Position numbers and translations under genes: made by a program. Under the pieces are notes generated by a model. The model searched no databases and was not told the origin of the DNA. It saw only the letters and a program-made list of their open reading frames with translations. DNA of 64,000 nucleotides from Candidatus Thorarchaeota archaeon (GTDB lineage Archaea; Asgardarchaeota; Thorarchaeia; Thorarchaeales; Thorarchaeaceae), in assembly GCA_048884965.1 (NCBI GenBank), contig JBHLQH010000018.1, positions 1 through 64,000 on the forward strand. The letters are read 5' to 3'. Positions 60,350 to 64,000 of this stretch are shown here, one piece after another (position 1 is the first letter of the stretch; each line of letters begins with the position of its first letter).

Positions 60350-60658
60350 TTAGTCCATCTCAAGGATATAGCCTTGGGTAAATCCACCTCTCGCCAGGTT
60401 CTTGGCAAGTTTCTGCGTTTCCAAGAGTCCATTATCGAGCTTTCTGTGCCGTGCAAAGGATTCTAGCGCCTCGTATATATCAACGATCTCTTCAATATCG
60501 CCCGATTCCAAAAGCTCCTGTGCTTCTTCAACAATCTTCTTTCTGAGAAACTTATCTAGCTCCTCCCCTTCTACTATACGATATTTTGGTGACCCCCCTG
60601 ATTTCTCCATTATCTCAGGGATCCTATCTCGAACTAACTTCTCGGTTATCGATCTCAC
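60350..60658 (-). CDS. MazG-like nucleoside triphosphate pyrophosphohydrolase
   Basis: KLVRDRIPEI, KIVEEAQE, EEIVDIYE, RGGF. Confidence 0.85.
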   Translation of the reverse strand: MRSITEKLVRDRIPEIMEKSGGSPKYRIVEGEELDKFLRKKIVEEAQELLESGDIEEIVDIYEALESFARHRKLDNGLLETQKLAKNLARGGFTQGYILEMD

Positions 60659-60666
60659 CCACCTGC

Positions 60667-61338
60667 TTAGGTTATTGCAAGTGCAACCTCAATCTGCTCT
60701 TTAGCAACAGTGATGAATTGGCGAATGGCTTCCTGCAAGTCCTCAGGAATGCTCACGGTCCAAGGATCTGGAGAGTCGCGACTCACGGAATCAGTCATCG
60801 AATCGAATGGAAGATACTTGGTATTCAAATCCCTATCAAAGGAAATAGAACCAATCCACTGTCCGTTCTTCACAATCTCATATATGGGTCGTAAGGCACT
60901 CATCTCATTCGGCCCAATTGCAGACCAAAAGAAGGACATACCATTGAATTGTCCAGGATTCCCTAGCCCAATAACATAGCTGTCCATAGTAGCTTTGGCT
61001 GTAACCAAATCATAAAGGATGCCAATGCGACAGTTAAGACATTGATTGAACTCAAGTCCATCGCCACTTGGTTTCACATAGCCAATGCCATTCTTCTCAA
61101 TGTTATCATCATTACAGTGCACACACAGATTCATACCCCATCGAACTTCTATATGGTCAGCAAAGGGACCTTCCAAGAATCGGTTCTCGGCATCTGCAAA
61201 TGCTGTCTTTACTGCGTCCATGCCCTCAGAATCCATCTTCTTTCGAATAACTCGGAATATTTCCAGAAGGTCCTGCCACATTACATTGTAAATTACATCA
61301 GCCAGATTATCCAAGGATCTATCTTCCAAAGAACTCAT
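60667..61338 (-). CDS. Hypothetical protein with two CxxC motifs
   Basis: CVHC and CLNC; GGTGA SD. Confidence 0.6.
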   Translation of the reverse strand: MSSLEDRSLDNLADVIYNVMWQDLLEIFRVIRKKMDSEGMDAVKTAFADAENRFLEGPFADHIEVRWGMNLCVHCNDDNIEKNGIGYVKPSGDGLEFNQCLNCRIGILYDLVTAKATMDSYVIGLGNPGQFNGMSFFWSAIGPNEMSALRPIYEIVKNGQWIGSISFDRDLNTKYLPFDSMTDSVSRDSPDPWTVSIPEDLQEAIRQFITVAKEQIEVALAIT

Positions 61339-61478
61339 GTTGAATCACCACGGTTGCTGCAGTTTCTATCCCAATAGATTAGAAATCAAGTGCCAATTAA
61401 GTGTTGGTTGCACCTACATCAATACACAAAATGGTCAAGGACATTTAGCCTAAGGTTTTTAACGGAGCTGACTACGAT

Positions 61479-61638
61479 GTGAGAGTAGTATTATAGGTGA
61501 GAAAGGATGGATTGCCAAATCATCTAGCAACAATGGTCATGGATCCAGTCCATTCTCTAATTACCTCTCACCTGAAAGTCTGAGCGATTGCTCTCTGCTT
61601 TATTACGATACAGAACTACTCCATGAGAGGATGCCATA
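61479..61638 (+). promoter_or_regulatory. Structured ileS leader (candidate attenuator)
   Basis: Nested stems 61483-89/61615-21, 61495-502/61566-73 and 61504-14/61546-56; CCTCTCA (61564-70) is also complementary to TGAGAGG (61624-30) before ileS; TATA-like TTTTTAA at 61456-62. Confidence 0.55.
61507..61527 (+). CDS. Candidate ileS leader peptide MDCQII
   Basis: AGGTGA SD, 6-nt spacer, then ATG GAT TGC CAA ATC ATC TAG. Confidence 0.45.
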   Translation: MDCQII

Positions 61639-64000
61639 ATGAGTCCATTAGCGAAGAGATATGATCCAGACCCAGTAGAGAAAGCTGTACTGAAATTCTG
61701 GGAAGAACATGACACCTACAACAAGACAGTCGATTTTAGAAGCAAAGGTCCACGCTGGAATTTCCTAGAAGGACCTCCAACCACAAACGGGTTCATGCAT
61801 GTTGGTCATGCAAGAGGTCGAGCAATGAAGGATGCCCAGATCCGATATATGACCATGAAGGGATATAATGTCTGGAGACGAGGCGGTTGGGATACACAGG
61901 GCCTTCCTGTGGAGCTAGAAGTTGAGAGGAACGAAGGACTTGCAGAAAAGGGGGAAATCGAATCCTCGATAGGTTTGGAAGGCTTTGTTCAGAAATGCAA
62001 GGATTTGGTGGACTTCTATCTGGATAGATGGGTGAGTGATTCTGTTAGGCTTGGGCTTTGGCTTGACTATCCTGAGGCATATCAGACTAGACGAGATGAC
62101 TACATAGAGCATGTATGGTATTTTCTAAAGACAGCAAGCGAGAGAGGTCTCTTAGGCAGAGGTTATCGCGTGAATCCAACTTGTCCCAGATGTGTTACAG
62201 CTCTGTCTGGACATGAGGTATCTCAAGGCTATATGACAAAGGATGATCCCTCAATATATGTTAAGTTCAAACTCGAAGGAAAGGAGAACGAGTATCTAGT
62301 CATATGGACAACGACACCCTTCACCCTCATATCAAACGAAATGGTCTCGGTTCATCCAAAGTACAAGTATGTCAAGGTAAAGGTTGGCAAGGAACTCTGG
62401 TGGATTGTTGAAGATCTTGTAGAGACAGTGATGCAGAAAGCAGGAGTGTCCAAATATGAGCAGGTAGAATCCTTGACTGGAAAGAAGATGCTAGGGTGGA
62501 AGTATGTGCATCCATTCCGAGAGGAGGTGCCATTCCATCAAGAGCATACGGAGAAGTATATGCATGCAGTCGTTACTGGAAAACATGTCACCATAGAGGA
62601 TGGCACAGGACTAGTCCATACTGCACCAGGATTTGGACCAGATGACTTCAGTGTTGGAAAAGAGTATGATGTGCCTGTTTTCGCGCCTGTAACTACCAAT
62701 GGTAAGTTCACTGATGAAGTACCAATGTTCAAGGGAAAATTCGTGTTTGATACTAATGCAATAGTTCCAGAGATGCTTGAAAAGAAAGGACTTCTAGTCA
62801 AGGAGGAAACAATAACTCACGAATATCCACATTGCTGGCGTTGCGATACTCCTCTCGTCTATCTAGCAGATAACACGCAGTGGTTCCTAAAAATGGAAGG
62901 CGTTCGCGATAGACTAGTTACTGAGAATAATAGAGTGAATTGGACACCAGATTGGGCAGGAAGTGGAAGATTTGGTGATTGGGTCGCCAATGCAGATGAT
63001 TGGTGTATCTCAAGATCACGAATATGGGGATCTCCATTGCCGGTCTGGGTTTGCGACGAGTGTCAACATGAGATTGTCATAGGCTCTAGGGACGAGCTAA
63101 AGAAGATGGCAAAGAAGTTTCCAGACGATTTCGAGATGCATAGACCTTGGGTCGATAAAGTGGAAGTCGCATGTCCCAAGTGCAAAGGAAACATGACTCG
63201 AGAACCATTTGTGATAGATTGTTGGTTGGATTCGGGTCTAGCACATAGTGCAAGTGTCGATTTCCTCAGACAGCCAGCCCTATTCAAGGAGCTGTTTCCA
63301 TATGATTTCATCACGGAAGCAGTAGATCAATCTAGAGGATGGTTCTATAGCTTGCTCTATACTTCTGTTGTCCTTCATAACAGCGTAGCGTTCAATGCAT
63401 GCGTGAGCCAAGAGCATGTTCTTGATGCGGACGGCGGCAAAATGAGCAAGTCGAGAGGAAATGTCGTGTGGGCAAAGGATGCCATGGAAGAGATAGGAGC
63501 AGATCCATTCAGACTCTTTGTCCTTACCAAGAATGCTTCATGGACGAGAACGAACTATGCTCCTAAGGAGATAGATCTAGTACGCAAGAAACTGGACATC
63601 CTGTGGAACGTGGCACTATTCGCTGAAACCTACATGGAGCTCGATGGCTTCTCCTATGATGAGAAGAGACTTCAGAAGGGTCTGAAAAAGGCGTCATTGG
63701 AAGACAAGTGGCTTCTATCAAGAGTCCAGAGTGTCCTGAAGGAATTCCACGACAACATGGACAAGTATCTTTGGCATCATTCTGGAAGAGCGTTATTGGA
63801 ATTCATATCAGAAGATCTCAGCAGAATCTACCTTCCTCTTGTAAAGAAGAGGGTGTGGTTGGATGCTGAAGATCCCCAGAAGATAATGGCATATGACGTG
63901 ATGTACTATACCATGCAGACAATGATACGAGCGTTGAACATATTCACTCCATTTCTGGGAGAGCATCTGCATCGAAACTTCCTGACTCGATTTGGGAAGC
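61639..64000 (+). CDS. ileS: Isoleucyl-tRNA synthetase, 3' end outside window
   Basis: Own translation: EGPPTTNG.MHVGH, GWDTQGLPVE, WTTTP, GTGLVH.APGFG, YPHCWRC, DWCISRSR.WG, EAVDQSRGWF, KMSKS. Confidence 0.93.
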   Translation, partial: MSPLAKRYDPDPVEKAVLKFWEEHDTYNKTVDFRSKGPRWNFLEGPPTTNGFMHVGHARGRAMKDAQIRYMTMKGYNVWRRGGWDTQGLPVELEVERNEGLAEKGEIESSIGLEGFVQKCKDLVDFYLDRWVSDSVRLGLWLDYPEAYQTRRDDYIEHVWYFLKTASERGLLGRGYRVNPTCPRCVTALSGHEVSQGYMTKDDPSIYVKFKLEGKENEYLVIWTTTPFTLISNEMVSVHPKYKYVKVKVGKELWWIVEDLVETVMQKAGVSKYEQVESLTGKKMLGWKYVHPFREEVPFHQEHTEKYMHAVVTGKHVTIEDGTGLVHTAPGFGPDDFSVGKEYDVPVFAPVTTNGKFTDEVPMFKGKFVFDTNAIVPEMLEKKGLLVKEETITHEYPHCWRCDTPLVYLADNTQWFLKMEGVRDRLVTENNRVNWTPDWAGSGRFGDWVANADDWCISRSRIWGSPLPVWVCDECQHEIVIGSRDELKKMAKKFPDDFEMHRPWVDKVEVACPKCKGNMTREPFVIDCWLDSGLAHSASVDFLRQPALFKELFPYDFITEAVDQSRGWFYSLLYTSVVLHNSVAFNACVSQEHVLDADGGKMSKSRGNVVWAKDAMEEIGADPFRLFVLTKNASWTRTNYAPKEIDLVRKKLDILWNVALFAETYMELDGFSYDEKRLQKGLKKASLEDKWLLSRVQSVLKEFHDNMDKYLWHHSGRALLEFISEDLSRIYLPLVKKRVWLDAEDPQKIMAYDVMYYTMQTMIRALNIFTPFLGEHLHRNFLTRFGK

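Noticed and set aside
61534-61545. Canonical T-box riboswitch upstream of ileS (UGGU and AUC present)
   Set aside because: No UGGNACC antiterminator, and the UGGU lies a few nt upstream of the AUC, which is incompatible with T-box geometry.
1-64000. tRNA, rRNA, CRISPR arrays, IS elements, selenocysteine read-through
   Set aside because: No recognisable cloverleaf with TTCGA arm, rRNA motif, spaced repeat, transposase ORF or in-frame UGA at a catalytic position was seen by eye; tRNAscan-SE and Infernal would be needed to exclude them.

Overview
Gene-dense archaeal chromosomal segment, most likely from an Asgard archaeon (Thorarchaeota-like). The assignment is inferred from Rab-like small GTPases, a roadblock protein, WD40 and TPR-like proteins, a diphthamide-less EF-2 paralog, archaeosine TGT, archaeal ThyA and tetraether lipid synthase. 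No rRNA, tRNA, CRISPR array or transposase was recognised. Main blocks: (1-15 kb) accessory enzymes, surface-anchored hydrolases and duplicated membrane proteins; (15.5-22.6 kb) class III RNR with a redoxin, thyA, an Lrp regulator and the EF-2 paralog; (22.6-30.1 kb) a signalling cluster of TPR protein, two single-domain KaiC ATPases, a KaiB-like thioredoxin, roadblock, two Rab-like GTPases and WD40; (30.3-32.8 kb) PolB2 with its small partner; (32.8-40 kb) a metF-mtrH-mtrA-mtrH-marker14-cofE-larC C1/cofactor operon; (40-60 kb) hflX, tgtA, an ABC transporter with secreted hydrolases, idsA, tldD/pmbA and tes; ileS runs off the right end. The three strongest novelty candidates are: a split KaiC (CI-like plus CII-like) translationally coupled to a CxxC KaiB-like protein; an Ile-Ile leader peptide inside a switchable anti-Shine-Dalgarno structure upstream of ileS; and a soluble methyl-transfer module with two MtrH paralogs, MtrA carrying an MtrB-like tail, and MetF. 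All family assignments come from motif recognition by eye, not database searches.
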